Assembly (NCBI RefSeq): GCF_009914755.1
Contig: NC_060936.1
Origin: the human T2T-CHM13v2.0 reference genome, Homo sapiens
Direction: 5' to 3' (one strand)
Length of the DNA stretch: 64,000 bases
Below, piece by piece: positions 18,256 to 36,460 of the stretch; position 1 is the stretch's first letter; each line of letters begins with the position of its first letter. The translations under genes and the position numbers were made by a program. The notes under the pieces were generated by a model, which saw nothing but the letters and a program-made list of their open reading frames with translations, searched no databases and was not told the origin of the DNA.

Positions 18256-19254
18256 TCAGGTACCATTTTTTCTCAAACAAGGTGACATGGGCTTTTTCCC
18301 TTCCCTCACCTCAAAGAAGGGGTTCCCTCCCCCTGCTCCTTCATCCCAGCCCACAGGCAGGTCCGCTCTCCACTGCGGGAGCTCCTCAGAATTGGGGCCA
18401 GCCACCCTCCCCCGACCTTTGTCCACCCTCTTCCTGATTAATGGCATCTATTTCTATGGCCTTTGGTACCCTCCAGGGCTGGTGATGCCAGGCTTCTCTC
18501 TCCAAAGACAACTTCTCAGAGTCCCAAACCTCACACCCAACCAGGTATTTCATTGCACCACTTACGACTATCTCATCACATGGTCAAACCCAGAAATCTT
18601 GATTTTTCCCACCCATCCACTTGCAGAATAAATGTGATCAGAACCTTTCTGTAAGTCTGACAGGAGACTAGAGGTTTGATCTTCAGGGAAATTAAAGCTT
18701 GCTGCTCCAGCTCCAGACACCACACATAGAGAAGGATGAGAGGGAGACTCAGAGCTGAAAAGAGGGTAATTCATAGAAAGTCTGTACACTCTATGGTAGG
18801 AAGCATATCCAGCACTGCTACCAGAAAAATAGGACCAGTCCCCAGGCAAGAACCCCCAGGCAGTTTCGTCACTGGAGAAACTGAGGGTGTCCGCAAAAGT
18901 GACCTTCAGACATGGCTGTGTGGCCACTTTTCCTCTTGAGAAGCCTCCTGGTAACCAGTGGCAAGGCCGAGCCATGCCTACAAAGCTTTGAGTCATGCAG
19001 TAGGGCCTCACTCTTACCTGTAAATAAACAGCCAAGGATCAACAGGCATTTAAGGAAAACAGCAAGGTAAGCAGATTATTTAGAAACTGAGAAATAAATA
19101 CCAAGAGCAGAGCTAAAGGAGTTGAAGATATTTGCCTCTGGGCAGCAAAGTTGTTGAATGGGAAAGAACTAATATGTTCAATTGTGCATTTTTTAGTGCT
19201 GTTTGATTTTTAAATATGTTTGTGTATATATATACACATATATAGGTAAAAATA

Positions 19255-19535
<281 letters not shown>

Positions 19536-19589
19536 AGGTAAATATAATTTTAAAAAAAGAAAATATGAGTACCGCCAACAACCTATCTG

Positions 19590-20550
19590 CTCAAGAATGG
19601 AGAAATCTGGAAATTCTCTCTGATTCTTCCTTTTTTTCCCATCCTACAAAACTAGTCTATCACTAAGATTCACCCATTTAACATCCAAAATATTTCTTGA
19701 TTCATCCACTTCTTTCCGTCTTTGCCACCACCGTCCTCAAATATGCCACCAGCACCTCTTCCTGGTTATACACAGCCCCGTATTGGTCTCTTTCCTTCCA
19801 ACCTTACCCCTTCTCAAGGTAATACACTTATTCTTCTCAAGGCAATAAAACTGATCAGCATAAAAGGTAAATCAGGCTGGGCACAGTGGCTCATGCCCAT
19901 AATCCAACATTTGGGGAAGCTGAAGTGGGAGGATCACTTGAGCCCAGGAGTTTGAGAGCAGCCTGGGCAACCTAGTGAGACCCCACCTCTAAAACAGAAG
20001 AAGAAGAAAGGTAAATGAGATCATGTAAAACCCTAAAATGTCTATCACCCTCAAACTGCAACATAAACTCCAATAGTTACCCCTAAGGTCCTGCTGGATC
20101 TGACCCCCACCTACCTGTTCAATCCCAGCTTGATTTGCTCCACTCTCTTCCTTGCTCATTAAGCTCCAGCCTCATTATTTTGCTTTCCTCCAATTCCAAA
20201 AAAAAAAAAAAAAGCCAAGATCTTTGCTGCTTCGGGCCTTTACCTATGTCATCTACATGCACGGAGATGTGGTTGCCTTTCTCCTCATCCAACAGGTCCC
20301 ATCCCATCCGAGTCTCAACAGAAACATCACCTCCCCAGGGAGACCGTCTCCACCAACCTATCAAAAGTAAGTCACTCCTGTGATCGCCTATTTCATCTTA
20401 CTTGCTTCCTTCATATCATTTTTCATTGTATTATCTATTCATTTGCTTTATTTTTCTGCTCCTCCAGCAGAAAATTAGCACCATAAAGGCAAGGACCATG
20501 CCCTATCTCTAGTATCTGGCACAGCACCTGTTTGAATAAATTACTTTCTA
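19590..20550 (+). mobile_element. L2 LINE 3' remnant interrupted by a FLAM
   Basis: L2-like pyrimidine-rich body and 3' end tctggcacag...tgtttgaataaat. Confidence 0.55.
19875..20007 (+). mobile_element. FLAM (free left Alu monomer)
   Basis: Single left monomer; TSD aaaggtaaat. Confidence 0.85.
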
Positions 20551-21119
20551 CAGTGAATGCAAATATCATTTGCATCTCTCCAGGCAGTTTTCCAGGTTGT
20601 ACTATTCTTCGGAATAAGCACAACAAACTTGCTTAAGGATTAAAGATGTCTGACAACAGTTGCTTCTTAGTGTGTGACACAGCATCAGCCACTCTCCAAA
20701 CTGCTAAGACGTCTCCCTTGTGGGGCTCATGCAACAGTTTATCTATTTATATTGGAGGGAGTAGAGAATAGGAAAAGTACACAGACAAATTGATTCGGGG
20801 GTGGGGAAGAATGCTGTTTTTAAAAAGTGATCAATACATCTTCCTTAGATAGTAGGGAGGAACCCCTATCTTGACAGGCTTTGGGGAGATAGGGTCAAAT
20901 GCCAATTTCTACTTGAATCACAGCAGTATGGGTGCCGTAACAGCCTAGCATTTCATCATTATGATGACTATTAAAATGGTAATAATGCAAGAGAGCAGGG
21001 AACCAGACGATGAAAAGGGATAGGCAGCTAAATACCTCACTGTGTTCTTCAGACATTTTAGTCATAGCTACACCATAATCATTAAAAAGATCTGCAGGAT
21101 GTTAGAGTAATGCTGGTGA

Positions 21120-21500
<381 letters not shown>

Positions 21501-21934
21501 ATCCCTGTCACTTCTATAACCCATCTTGTCCAAAATCATGATGACTTATCTTAAGGACTATTGGACACACATTTGAAAGGAAAGGTGTCCACTGAGATGA
21601 TGTTGAGATCGGAAATCATACAGTCCTCTCTTCCCTCCCACTTATAATGGAACAGAAACCCAAGTCCTTCCTTGAGGAGAAGGAGGAACCAAATGATTCC
21701 TCAACATCCTTTCCAGCTGTAAGATTCAATAACTGGATGATCCATCATTTCCTGAAGGAACTTAGCCTAGGAGATTGGATGGTAGTAAACTGTGGAAATG
21801 TCATAAGCCTCATCATACCTGCTAAGCAGTCAAAGCTATACATGAGCATCCTACAAAAAGAAAAGCCCAGAAGAGAGAAAGAGAAAATATAAAATTTTAT
21901 ATCAGCAAACACCAGGAGGATGAAATCACACTCA

Positions 21935-22560
21935 TTATTTGCTCATTAAGCAAATATTCTTTTAGCACTCACTATGTAACTGGCACAGTGCTTGAAACTG
22001 GAGGCAGATATGTAAAATAAGGCCCTGGGCTCAAAGAGTAGTGGAGATGGCCTTCAAAATAAATAATTATGCACAGTCTCATGAATGCTGTTGTGAGAGT
22101 CAGTACTGCAAAGTTCTGTAGGAATCCAGAAAGGTAAGTAGCTCTACTGAGAGAATAAAGAAAAACTTTATCAAAGAGATGACATTTGAGTTGAACTTTG
22201 AAGTATGGATAGGAGTTTCCTGGTAATTTAGGAGAAGGGATTGCAAGAAGAAGGAATGGCATACATAAAGGCTTAAAGACATATTTGGAGTGAGAGGACC
22301 AAGGCTGAGTTTCCCTGTCTGCCCTGGTATCAAGGCAGACAAGGAACTGATTTAAAGTGTACTGTACGCCTTGCTGAAACCTTAGATTTTTTTCCTGTAA
22401 ACAATGGACATAATTGAATGACTTTTACTAAGTGTACTTCATGATCAGATTTCTTTTGTTAAAAAAGAATTCTCTAGTAGAATTGCCGAAAATTAGGAAG
22501 GGATAAAGTCAAGGAAACCAGTCACGAGGCTACTATTAATAATCCAGCCAAGAAATGAGG
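21935..22560 (-). mobile_element. L2 remnant
   Basis: caaatatt...gcactcactatgtaactggcacagtgct, like the reverse L2 3' end. Confidence 0.55.
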
Positions 22561-22564
22561 GTGC

Positions 22565-23640
22565 GCCTTAGCATATAAAAAGATGTTCAACTTCAGTATA
22601 ATGAGAGAAATTCAAGCTAAATCCACACTGAGATACAATTTCTCACCTATCAAGATAGTAAAAATTCAAATTCTTGAGAACACATGCAGTTGGTGAGGAT
22701 TTAGATAACAGGCTTTCTTATATATTGCTGGTTGGAGTACAAAATAGTACAACTCATATGGGCTGGGCGCAGTGGCTCACGCCTGTAATCTCAGCACTTT
22801 GGGAGGCTGAGGTGGGTGGATTGTTTGAGGTCAGGAGTTTGAGACCAGCCTGACCAACATGGTGAAACCCCGTCTCTACTAAAAATACAAAAATTATCTG
22901 GGCGTGGTGGCAGGCCCCTGTAATCCCAGCTACTTGGGAGGCTGAGGCACGAGAATCACTTGAACTCAGGAGGTGGAAGTTGCAGTGAGCTGAGGTCACA
23001 TCACTCCACTCCAGCCTGGGCAACAAAGCGAGACTCTGTCTCAAAAAAAAAAAAAAAAAAAAATAGTAGAACTCATACAGAGGAGAATTTGGCAATTTCC
23101 TGTGAAACAATGTATGCCCATACCCTTTGATCTAACTATCAGATTTTTAGGAATTTACCCTGAAGATACTTCTACAAATACCAAACAATGTATGTATAAG
23201 ATTATCCAACTGCAGCATTATTTGTATTAACAAAATAATGGAAATACTGCCAAATGCCTATTCAAAGGAGTCTGATTGAATAGATGATGGTAGAGTCACA
23301 CAATAGAATATTATGCAGCTATGAAAAAGAATGTGAAAAATCTCTATAAATTAATATTAAATGATTTCCAGGATATACTATTGAATGAATAAAGCAAGAT
23401 GCAGAAGATAATATAGAATATACCAACTTTTGTTTAGGAATGAAAAGGAAATTAAAAATGTGACCACACATATTTGCTTATTTTTTTAAAAAAAGAAAAG
23501 AAACACAGGAAATACATTTCAGAAATAAGTGAAAAATTGTTACCAAGAAAGGATGGGTGAAAATGAGACAGAAGGGATAAGGATAAGAGCAATGGGGATA
23601 TAGTTTTTTAAGCAAAGCCTAATGTTGAACACAAATATAA
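22565..23640 (+). mobile_element. L1ME-type 3' remnant interrupted by an Alu
   Basis: Degenerate ORF2 C-terminus and 3'UTR. Confidence 0.6.
22761..23062 (+). mobile_element. AluSx-like SINE
   Basis: Full Alu; TSD aaatagta(c/g)aactcata. Confidence 0.94.
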
Positions 23641-24960
23641 AAAGTTAATTGAACTTAGAGATAAGGTAAGCATGTCCCCTCTCTCATCACTGCTTTCAAC
23701 ATTGTACCGAAAGTCCTAGCTAATGAAATAAGACAAAAAAAGTAAGTAAAATGTATAGATTGAGAGGGAAGAAATGAAACTGTCTTGGTTCCCAGATGAC
23801 ATGATCATCTATGCAGAAAATCTGAAAGAGCAATAATAACAACAACAAAAACTCCTGGAACTAATAAGCAATTATAGCACGTTTGCACAAAACAAGGGTA
23901 ATATACAAATGTCAATAGCTTTCCTACACACCAACAATAAACAAGTGAAATTAGAAATTAAAAACACATTACCATTTACATTTACATTAGCATCCAAAAA
24001 TGTGAAACAGGTATAAATCTAACAAAATATGTAAAGATCTATATGAGGAAAACTACAAAATGCAGGAAAAATATAAAAGAAGAACTAAATAAAAGGATAG
24101 ATATTTCATGTTGATGAACAGGAACACTCAATATTGTAAAGGTATCAGTTCTTCCAAATTTGACCTACGAAGTCAGTGCTATCCCAAACAAAATCCCAGT
24201 AAGTTATTTTGTAGGGATTGACAAACTGATTCTAAAGTTTACATAGAGAGGCAAAAATCCCAGAATAATCAATAATACAATACTGAAGGAGGAAAACAAA
24301 GCCAGAGGCCTGCCGCTGTCTGACTTTGAGACTTACTCTGAAGCTACAGGAATCAAGACAGTGTGGTATTGTGAAAGAATACACAAGTGGATGAATAGAA
24401 CAGAATAGAGACCCCAGAAACAGACATATAGAGAGACATTTTTTACAAAGGAGCAATGATAATATGATACAGCAAAGATAGTCTTTTCAACAAATGGTGC
24501 TGGGACAACTGAATATCCACATGCCAAAAAAAAAAAAAAAATCTAGACACAGACTCTGTACCCTTTGCAAAAATTAACTCAAAATGGATCATGGACCAAA
24601 ATGTAAAACACAAAACTATAAAATTCTTGGAAGATAACGTAGGAGAAAACCTAAATAACCTTGAGTATGTCAACACCTTTTTATACACGTCACCCAATGC
24701 ACAATCCATGAGAGAATTCATCAATAAGCTGGACTTTTCTGCTCTGTGAAGGACAATGTCAAGACAATCAGAAGACAAGCTATAGACTCAGAGAATATAT
24801 TTGCAAAGGAGACGTCTGATAAAGGACTGTTATCTAAATACACCGAAAAACCTCTTAAAATTCAACAACATGATTTTTAAAATGGGCAAAGTGGAAGGGG
24901 GAAATGAAGAGAGGTGGGTGATTGGGTAGAAATTTACAGTTAGATCAAAAAATAAGTTCT

Positions 24961-27902
<2,942 letters not shown>

Positions 27903-29016
27903 GTTCTAATGTTTGACAGCACACTGGGGCGACTGTAGTTAGCAAAGATATGTTAAATTGCTGCTATGTAGAAGAGAGGACTTGAAATGTTCCCAACACA
28001 CAGAAATGATAAACACCCAAGACGATGGATACTCGAAACACCTTGACTTGATCATTCCACATTCTGTGCATGTAAAAAACATTCACAGGTACCCCATCGA
28101 TATGTAAAAACATTATTTATCAATAGAAGAAAAAATTAATGAGACAGTTTTCACCATATTGTACCCTCTAAATTATTAATAACATTTTTGTGAGAGCAAA
28201 AAGTATTTGCTATCATTTAATAATGTAGTTTTAAAATATAATTTCATCTTCATCCCAAACTTTTCAATTTTTTATTTCTGCATGTTTTATATAATAAATA
28301 ATGTATTAGTAGAGTAATATATTAAAATCTTCACAAGTAAATAAATATGTATATATCTAAAAACTGGGCAAAAGACTTAAATGATACCTCACCAAAGAAG
28401 ATATGCAGATGGAAAATAAAAATATGAAGAGATATTCCACATCATTTATCATTAGGGAATCGCAAATTAAAACAACAATAAGATAGCACTACACCCCCAT
28501 TAAAGGAGTCAAAATTCAAAACACCGAAAACACCAAATGCTGGCAAAGATGTAGAGCAACAGGAACTCTCATTCATTGCTGCTAAAATTGCAAAGTGGTA
28601 TAGCCACTTTGGAAGATAGTTTGATGGTTTCACATACAACTAAACATACTCTCACCATATGATCGAGCAAGTGTGCTCCTTGGTATTTATCCAAATAGAT
28701 TAAAAACTTATGCCTACACAAAAACCTGCGCATGGATATATATTGCTATAAACTTATGAAGTTTAAAATTAAATTTGAAATTGCTTTATTCATAATTGCC
28801 AAAACTTGGAAGCAACAAAGATGTCCTTCACTAGATGAATATATAAGTAAACTGATGCATCCAGACAATAGAATATTATTCAGCCCTAAAAAGAAATGAA
28901 CTATCAAGCCAATAAAAGACATGGAGGAAACTTAAATGCATTTTACTAAGTAAGAAATACCAATTGGAAAAAGCTACAGATTACATGATTTCAACTATAT
29001 GACATTCTGGGAAAGG

Positions 29017-29088
29017 CAAAACTATAGAGCCAATAAAAAGATCAGTGGTTGTCAAAACTATAGAGACAATAAAAACATCAGTGGTTGT
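29017..29088 (+). repeat. 36-bp tandem duplication
   Basis: caaaactatagag(c/a)caataaaaa(g/c)atcagtggttgt twice. Confidence 0.92.
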
Positions 29089-29429
29089 CAAGGGTTAGGG
29101 TTAAATAGGCAGAGCACAGATTTCTAGGGCAGTGAAACTATTCTGTATGATCCCATAATAGTGAATATGTATCATTATACATTTGTCAAAACTCATAGAA
29201 TGTACATCACCAACAGTGAACCCTTATGTAAACTCTAGACCTTGGATGATAATGATGTGTCCACGTAGATTGATGGATTATAACAAACGTACCACTCTGG
29301 TGCTGGCTGGTGATTGTGAAGGAAATTGTACACTGTGTGTGAAAAAAAGTATATAGAAACCTTCTGTGCCCTTCATTTACTTTTGCTGTGAATCTAAAAC
29401 TTCTCTAAAAAATCAAGTTTATTAATTTT

Positions 29430-30190
29430 TTAAACTAACCTAACTTTATCTGAATTCAATAGCATATCCACATAGGAAAACCAAGTAATTTTCAAAGACC
29501 ATATTCTATATATCACTAGTAGGACATATATTCTATGGACAAACTGCAAATAAATATAAATTTTACTTAGTAGTGTATTAGTAGTAGTAATAATGGTATT
29601 ATATTCTGAAACTATTTTATATATATTGTAACATAAAACAAATAAGTAAAACAATTAATATTATTGGAGCCAAGATTTTCACTGTGAAAGAAAAAATAAA
29701 AATTTTAAATTTTTTAAAGGCCAAGAATAAATCTGAATTATAATTATCGGTATGAATTCATGATTTGTAAAAATATATTTTTTATCACTTTCATTGAAAG
29801 GGCTTAGGTGTAATGACACACCAATAGCAATGAGCACATCCAACAACCAGATGTTGGTTTCTAAACATCATTCTCCACTAAAAAGAACAAGGGCTCCAGG
29901 TCTAGGACTGGAGTGCAAGTTGAGCCTGGGATCTCTTCCCTCCCTCTCCAAAATAAAGAAGGACACAGAGTCCAAGGGTCACGGTAAAGGTTCACAGGCC
30001 CTGGCTTGAAGGGTCAGTCCGGGCAATTTATAAACATTGATTCAGCGAGGATCATGAGAAAATGCTGAAGCCACTGGGTAACTTTGTTGGGCATCAGGAT
30101 TTTCATACAACCTGAAACTATTACTCAAGGATTGCATACTAACTACGAAGGGAGAAATTACTTTTACAATTGAGAGATATAATTGATATT
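29430..30190 (+). mobile_element. Old L1MC-type 3'UTR remnant
   Basis: gagccaagattttcactgtgaaagaaaa and agcaatgagcacatcc motifs. Confidence 0.45.
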
Positions 30191-30755
30191 TTCCTTTCTC
30201 TCTTCCAGGCTTTTCTTTTCCTAGGCTGCTAACTAAGCTGCTGTCTGTGGTAACTTTACACTGTGTCAGTCTAACTAAGCAGGAACCATGCCTCCCAAAA
30301 TTCACTCCCCTGCATGTCCCAGAGTAGAGCTGGTCAAATTAGGCATTTGTGAGCGATCTGGAAGGTGGACATGAAACAGCATGGTCAATGAAGTAACGTT
30401 TTCTGGGGCTTAAATTCCACTGAGTTAAGGGTCATTCCAGTCATCTGCTCTTCCATCTAGTTCCTACTGCTTCCATTTCTAGGAAGTGAGATCAAAGTTC
30501 TGGCTTAGGGAATAGAAGTACAGGATTAGTTTTCTTATTTCCCCCCTTAACTTCCCTCATCATACCATAACTTGTCCTGGAAGCCATGAAGAGAAAAATA
30601 ACACCTCTTATTTAAACCCCAACCCAACCCACATGTGGGATCCAGGAATTACTTAAAGGCCTTGTGTGCTTGGTCAAAAATAAAGAAGCCCATTTAAATA
30701 TTTGTGACATCAGTGGAGCAGACACTGATCTGACAGATGGACAAGACTGTAAAAC

Positions 30756-31127
30756 TGCTATGTCCCCCAAAGTTCATGTGTTGAAATTAATTGCCATCAT
30801 TACAGTATGAAGAGGTGAGGCCTTTAAGAGGTGATTAGGCCATGAGAGCTCCATCCTCATGAATGGATTAATGCCCTTATCCCAGGAGCAGTTAGTCATC
30901 ACAGGAGCTGAGTCCTGATAAAAACCACAGGTGTGGTCTGATTTCCTCTCTTCATCTCCTGCAATTGCTTCTGCCTTCTGCCCTTCCACCATGGGACAAC
31001 CCTCACCAGATGCCAGTGCTGTGCTCTTGGACACCCCAGCTTCCAGAACTGTGAGAAAGAAGTTTCTTTTCTTTATAAATTACCCATTCTGTGGTATTCT
31101 GTTATAGCAACAGAAAACAGACTAAGC
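30756..31127 (+). mobile_element. MST (MaLR) solo LTR
   Basis: tgtcccccaaagttcatgtgttgaa...gttatagcaacagaaaacagactaag. Confidence 0.85.
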
Positions 31128-31373
31128 CAGTGGCATTTTTAGTATAATATGCCCTATAAGCTTAGCAGAAAAATCACTCGGCCCACCATGTTAGTGACTC
31201 ATGGGTGTTAATAGTGACAATTCAAAACTCTACTGGGGATACAGCCAATTTCTGCTTATCCACAAATAGATGATTACTTTGCCAAGTATTTGCACAGCAA
31301 TCTGTTCCAGCTTGGGCTACCACAGTAGGCCCCAGCTTGGGTGGGGTCAGCCCTGTATAAAGGAATGTGGAGA

Positions 31374-31651
31374 GGCCAGGCATGGTAGCTCATGCCTGTA
31401 AACCCAGCACTTTGGGAGGTGGAGGCAGGTGGATCACTTGAGTTCAGGAGTTCAAGACCAGCCTGGACAACATGGCAAAACCCTGTCTCTACAAAAAATA
31501 CAAAAATTAGCCAGCCATGGCGGCATGTGCCTGTAGTCCCAGCTGCTCGAGGGGCTGAGATGAGAGGATTGCTTGAGCCCAGGAGGAGGAGATGGCACTG
31601 AGTGGAGATTGCACCACTGCACTCCACTCTGGGCAGCAGAACCAGACCCTG

Positions 31652-31689
<38 letters not shown>
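31374..31689 (+). mobile_element. AluJb-like SINE with long poly(A)
   Basis: TSD aagga(a)tgtggag. Confidence 0.93.
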
Positions 31690-31693
<4 letters not shown>

Positions 31694-32129
31694 GTGGAGT
31701 GCAGGGGTGGTGGTGATTGGGAGTAGAATATAGAGTGACGATTAAGGGGGTATTATTTTCATCCCAGCATAGGCCTGATTATATTCTAAGGTGAAATGTT
31801 ATTCATCTGTGCCACTCCATATTTACTGAGCATCTACTGTGATTGCAACACTGTGTAAGCCAGTAGGGATTCAAAAGCTATAAAATAGAATCCCAACTTC
31901 AGAAACCTTAACTTGGGTTTAAGACGCAAACCATAGACACAAAAATTATTGCATCAATACCCACCTGCAATGATAAATGCCTGAGCGTGCTGAACAGACA
32001 GGAGAGAGTTTGGAAGAGAAATTATCCACCATGTAATGCAATAGGCAAATCACAGGACTGACGGAATTCTCTAGAAAGAAATGAGAAAGCAGTAGGAGCA
32101 AGGAACATAGTTATTAAGCATCTATTAAT

Positions 32130-32350
32130 GATGCTACTAACAACTACCATTTGGAGGCATTTACTGAATGCCGAGTGCTTTACCTGTGATTTCTCATTGA
32201 AGTTTTGCAACCATCATGTGATAAAATGAATTATTAATCTCATATTTTAAATTAACAAAGTGAGGTTTCAGATAAGTAATTACCCCAAGTCACACAATCT
32301 GTAAATAACTAAGCACAACTCATAAACAGGTTTTTCCGACTCAGAGTTGA
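32130..32350 (-). mobile_element. MIR remnant
   Basis: gaggtttcagataagtaattaccccaagtcacaca core. Confidence 0.55.
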
Positions 32351-32504
32351 TGTTCTTTCTATGTCTAGGCCTGGGCTCTTTGCTTTGTTTCCTTTCTCAC
32401 TAGAAATGCGTCATATGTGCCATGTGTAACCCCCATGGCCTCTGCCTTCAAGGAGCAAGTCATGTACGCAAGACGGTGGTGGGGGACAAGAAAATGTTGA
32501 GCCA

Positions 32505-32807
32505 GGCCGGGTGCGGTGGCTCACGCCTGTAATCCCAGCACTTTGGGAGGCCGAGGCGGGTGGATCACGAGGTCAGGAGATCGAGATCATCCCGGCTAAC
32601 ACGGTGAAACCTCATCTCTACTAAAAATACAAAAAAATAAAATTAGCCGGGCATGGTGGCAGGCGCCTGTAGTCCCAGCTACTCGGGAGGCTGAGGCAGG
32701 AAGAATGGCGTGAACCCAGGAGGCGGAGCGTGCAGTGAGCCGAGATTGCGCCACTGCACTCTAGCCTGGATGACAGAGCAAGACTCCGTCTCAAAAAAAA
32801 AAAAAAA
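32505..32807 (+). mobile_element. AluY SINE
   Basis: Y diagnostics, CpG-rich; TSD aaaatgtt(g/a)agcca. Confidence 0.95.
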
Positions 32808-33997
32808 TGTTAAGCCAAAGGGTGATTGAAAGCCCAGATGTATGGTAGAGGCAAATCATGCTGCAGGGGACGTGGTTTGCAGGGATGTCTCTCAGGAAGG
32901 GGTTGTGCCTTAGGAAGAGGCCACCATTCTGAAAGCATCACATCCCTCTAGCTACCTCCATGGAATTCTACCAGTGCTCCCAGGACAAATTCTGGATACA
33001 AAAATTGCAAACTGCAACAGCAGCCCCTCAGGAGGTCTTTTTACCTGATGCTACGCAACAGGGCATGCTAATTATACTTAAATAGCAGAAAAATGGCTCC
33101 TAGGTGGCTGGATGGGGTAGATTACGGACATAAGAGGCCACTAGCATTCATTCCCAAGCCCAGTCAGCCTATCTGAGTAACGGTGGTGCTCCTGGGGCAG
33201 AGTGTATTACCCCCCGCCTGCAATGTGCCTAACTAGTGTCAATATTGACAGAGGAGCTCATGGGAGAACAGATGGATGGAGTGAACCAAAAGACAGCCAC
33301 TTCTCAGTCTTCATTGTGCAGGAGGAGTGATCCGGGCGAAGTCGTGCTCCACTGTCACCTTAGCAAACCTTATCGCCTCCTCATAAACATCCAGGTAACT
33401 CCCAGCAAAAGGTGAATAAGAAATGGCAAGGGTTCAGTGAAGCGTTCGTATTTCTGTCTCAGCAAAAAACAAATCCTCTCCCCATCACTTGACTGTAATT
33501 TTCTTCTGTGTAATTTTCTAGCAATAGTTGGCAGGTTTGGGAATCACTAGCACATAGTCATTAGCTGTAAAAACGACAGTTGATGATTCTGGGAGTCCAG
33601 AGAGAAGAGAACTGGCCAAGAAAAACCCTGGGGAATGCCAACATCTAAGGCTGTGGTGTGAAGAAAGGAAGCCCACGGATGAGGTAGCTTTTCAATGATC
33701 GCAGATGTACATGAAGAGGAAGAACTAGGACTGAGGGGTATCTCAGGAGCCCCAAAGTGTCAAAGGCAGCAGAAAAATCCAGGAAGAAGAGAGCTAAAAA
33801 ATATCCCCTGGGTTTGGTACATAGGTCATGAATGACATTCTCATGAGAGCTTTGGTAGAATGATGGGGTTCAGAAGACAGCCCCACATGGAATAAGGAGC
33901 AAAAGGGAGGTGAGGAAGCAGAGGGGAAGGAGAAGAGTTTTCAGAGATGTTTGAATAAGAAATTGGAGGGTTGCTGGCAGGGAAGAGTCAGGGGATA

Positions 33998-34306
33998 ATT
34001 TTTTTTTTTTTTTTTTTTTTTTTGAGATAGGGTCTCACTTTGTTGCCCAGGCTGGAGTGCAGTGGCACAATCCTGACTCGCTGTAGCCTCTATCTCCCCA
34101 GGCTCAATTGATCCTCCCACCTCAGCCTCCCGAGTAGCTGGGACTACAGGTATGCACTACTACGACTGGCTAATTTTTGTATTTTTTGCAGAGCTGGAGT
34201 TTTGCCATGTCTCCCAGGCTAGTCTGGAACTCCTGGGCTCAAGCGATCCAACCAGCTCGGCCTCCCAAAGTGCTGAGATTACAGTCAGATGACACCTCAC
34301 ATGGCC
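33998..34306 (-). mobile_element. AluJ SINE
   Basis: Poly(T) followed by reverse Alu. Confidence 0.92.
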
Positions 34307-35765
34307 GAGAATAATTTATTGAGGATGGTAATTATTTGAGCATGATGAGAGGCTCAACATTGAGAAATCCTAATGGAAGTGAAGGCACTGATGGAAGAAC
34401 ATTGGTAGACATTAGAGGGAGAGCCTGGAATATGAGCCCCTCAATCAAACTCCCAAAGTTTTCTTGAGAATCTGTAAACCACTGAAATCATTCTTTGATA
34501 TCCTTTTTTAACCTACTCAAGGACAGGAGGCCCAGACTGGCCGTCTTTGCTAGCTGCCACTAAACAGTTTACCTGCCACCCCCTACCCACCCCCAGAGAG
34601 CATAGATAAGATTTATTGTGTATACACTGCAGTTTTTCCTCAACCTCCACTTATTTTTATAAATCCTTAACTAGGCTTCAGAGCTGATTCCCTCACATAT
34701 GAGGAAACAATTTGCATACAAAATAATTAACCAACATGCAAACTAACTAGATGTTTTTCAGTTATTTTTTGACGAGAGAAAAAATCGCAGAAGATGCATG
34801 AGCAAATGGCAATGCCGGACATAGGATCCAAACAGGTTGGGAGATGACAGCACCAGAGGCAGCATGATGAGGTTGCCTTTAAGTAGGAGAGGGGGCGCTC
34901 TGGGCTCTGACCCTGGAGGAAGTGCACAAAGGATGCATATTGATTGGCAGGGGAAATGGGTGAGGGGGTTCCAGGGGCATGGGGTGAGCAGAGCAGGGAG
35001 TCAAAGGGCTGTCTGCTCAGAGTGCAGAAGGCCATGTATGGGGAATGGCAAAGGTTTCTAAGTTGTTGAAGAGAATAGGAAAGGGATGTAGCAAGAAGAT
35101 AAAAGGTTGCTGGTACTGGGCATCGAAAGACCCAGTTGAGGCTGAGACACAAATGGTGGCAGTGTGCATGGCCTTTCCCCCAAAACACTGCTCAGCTGAC
35201 CAGGTGTGAAAGGATAGGAGAGTAGGGGGAGGTGTTTTGCTGAGTGGGTACAGAGGAAGGATGGGTGCGGGGAGGCAAAGATATCAAGGGTGTTGAGGGG
35301 AGAGTAGCTCAGATGATCACAGGACTTGGACTGGGAAGGGAAGGGAGGGAGGCGAGGAGGGTGCTTCTGTTAGCCAGCGTTCTCGTTAGAGGGAGCAGGA
35401 TCCGCTCCAGCTAGTTTAGCAGAAAGTGATATAGATAGCTCAAAAAAATCCCTGAGAGGTGCAAAGAAACAGACTCTTGGCTGAGCTTCCAGGAATGACT
35501 CCCCACCACACACGGTGGAGCCGGCCCATCAAAGGAGCTGAGCCTCCGCCATCATCACGAAGCTTTCACTTGGGGACCGGCCACCACAGCTGCCCGCGAG
35601 AGAACCAAACCCCCAATGCCACCACCATCCTCCTGGAAAACAGAGGCCTCTGCTCTGCCTTCCCTGGAGAACTCGGTTTTGAGTCAAAGCCTGACGTAGA
35701 AGCATTATGGTTGGTGACACCTAAATCACACATCTGCCCCTGGCAGCAAGGGGGCAAGGGGGACC

Positions 35766-35768
<3 letters not shown>

Positions 35769-35798
<30 letters not shown>
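35769..35798. repeat. (GT)15 microsatellite
   Basis: Direct read. Confidence 0.97.
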
Positions 35799-35800
<2 letters not shown>

Positions 35801-35908
35801 CATCTCCCTTCCCCCTTGCACCCCTGTTGAGAGGTTGGTATTTACACTATGAAAAACCATCAAAGTGTGGAAAGAGTTCAGGAGGTTTTGGGCAGCCAGT
35901 CACTATAG

Positions 35909-36250
35909 CACGGGTCCCCAATCCCTGGGCTGTGGACTGGTACCAGACCATGGCCTGTTAGGAACCAGGCTGCACAGCAGGAGGTGAGTGGCAGGTGAGT
36001 AAGCATTACCACCTGAGCTCTGCCTCCTGTCAGATCAGCGGGGGGCATCAGATTCTCATAGGAGCATGAACCTTATTGTGAACTGCACATGTGAGGGATC
36101 TAGGCTGTGAGCTCCTTAGGAGAAGCTAATGCCTGATGATCTGAGGTGGAACAGTTTCATCCCGAAGTCATGCCCCTTCCACCTGCCATTGGTTCATGGA
36201 AAAATTATCTTCCAGGAAACCAGTTTCTGGTGCCTGGTTGGGGCCCACTG
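35909..36250. mobile_element. MER1B-like hAT-Charlie DNA transposon
   Basis: Terminal cacgggtcccca...tggggcccactg; 8-bp TSD cactatag/cactatgg. Confidence 0.88.
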
Positions 36251-36460
36251 CACTATGGGGGATAGCAAGGCTGCTGCTTGGGTACGTGCTGCTTCTCTGT
36301 TAAAATATCCTGCTAGGCATATGCAATCCTGCAGGCACATGACTTGGCAAGGTCTGTTCTTTATACGAAGAGAAACATGCTCCTTCTTTGGGGGACATTA
36401 CCCTGCCCCAGTGCACAGCTTGCTGAGCAAAGTGCAGCTTAGATTTCAGCCCCTCCCTGA

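Noticed and set aside
34883-34900. CTCF site (agagggggcgc)
   Set aside because: The 5' half of the core (CCA) is mismatched
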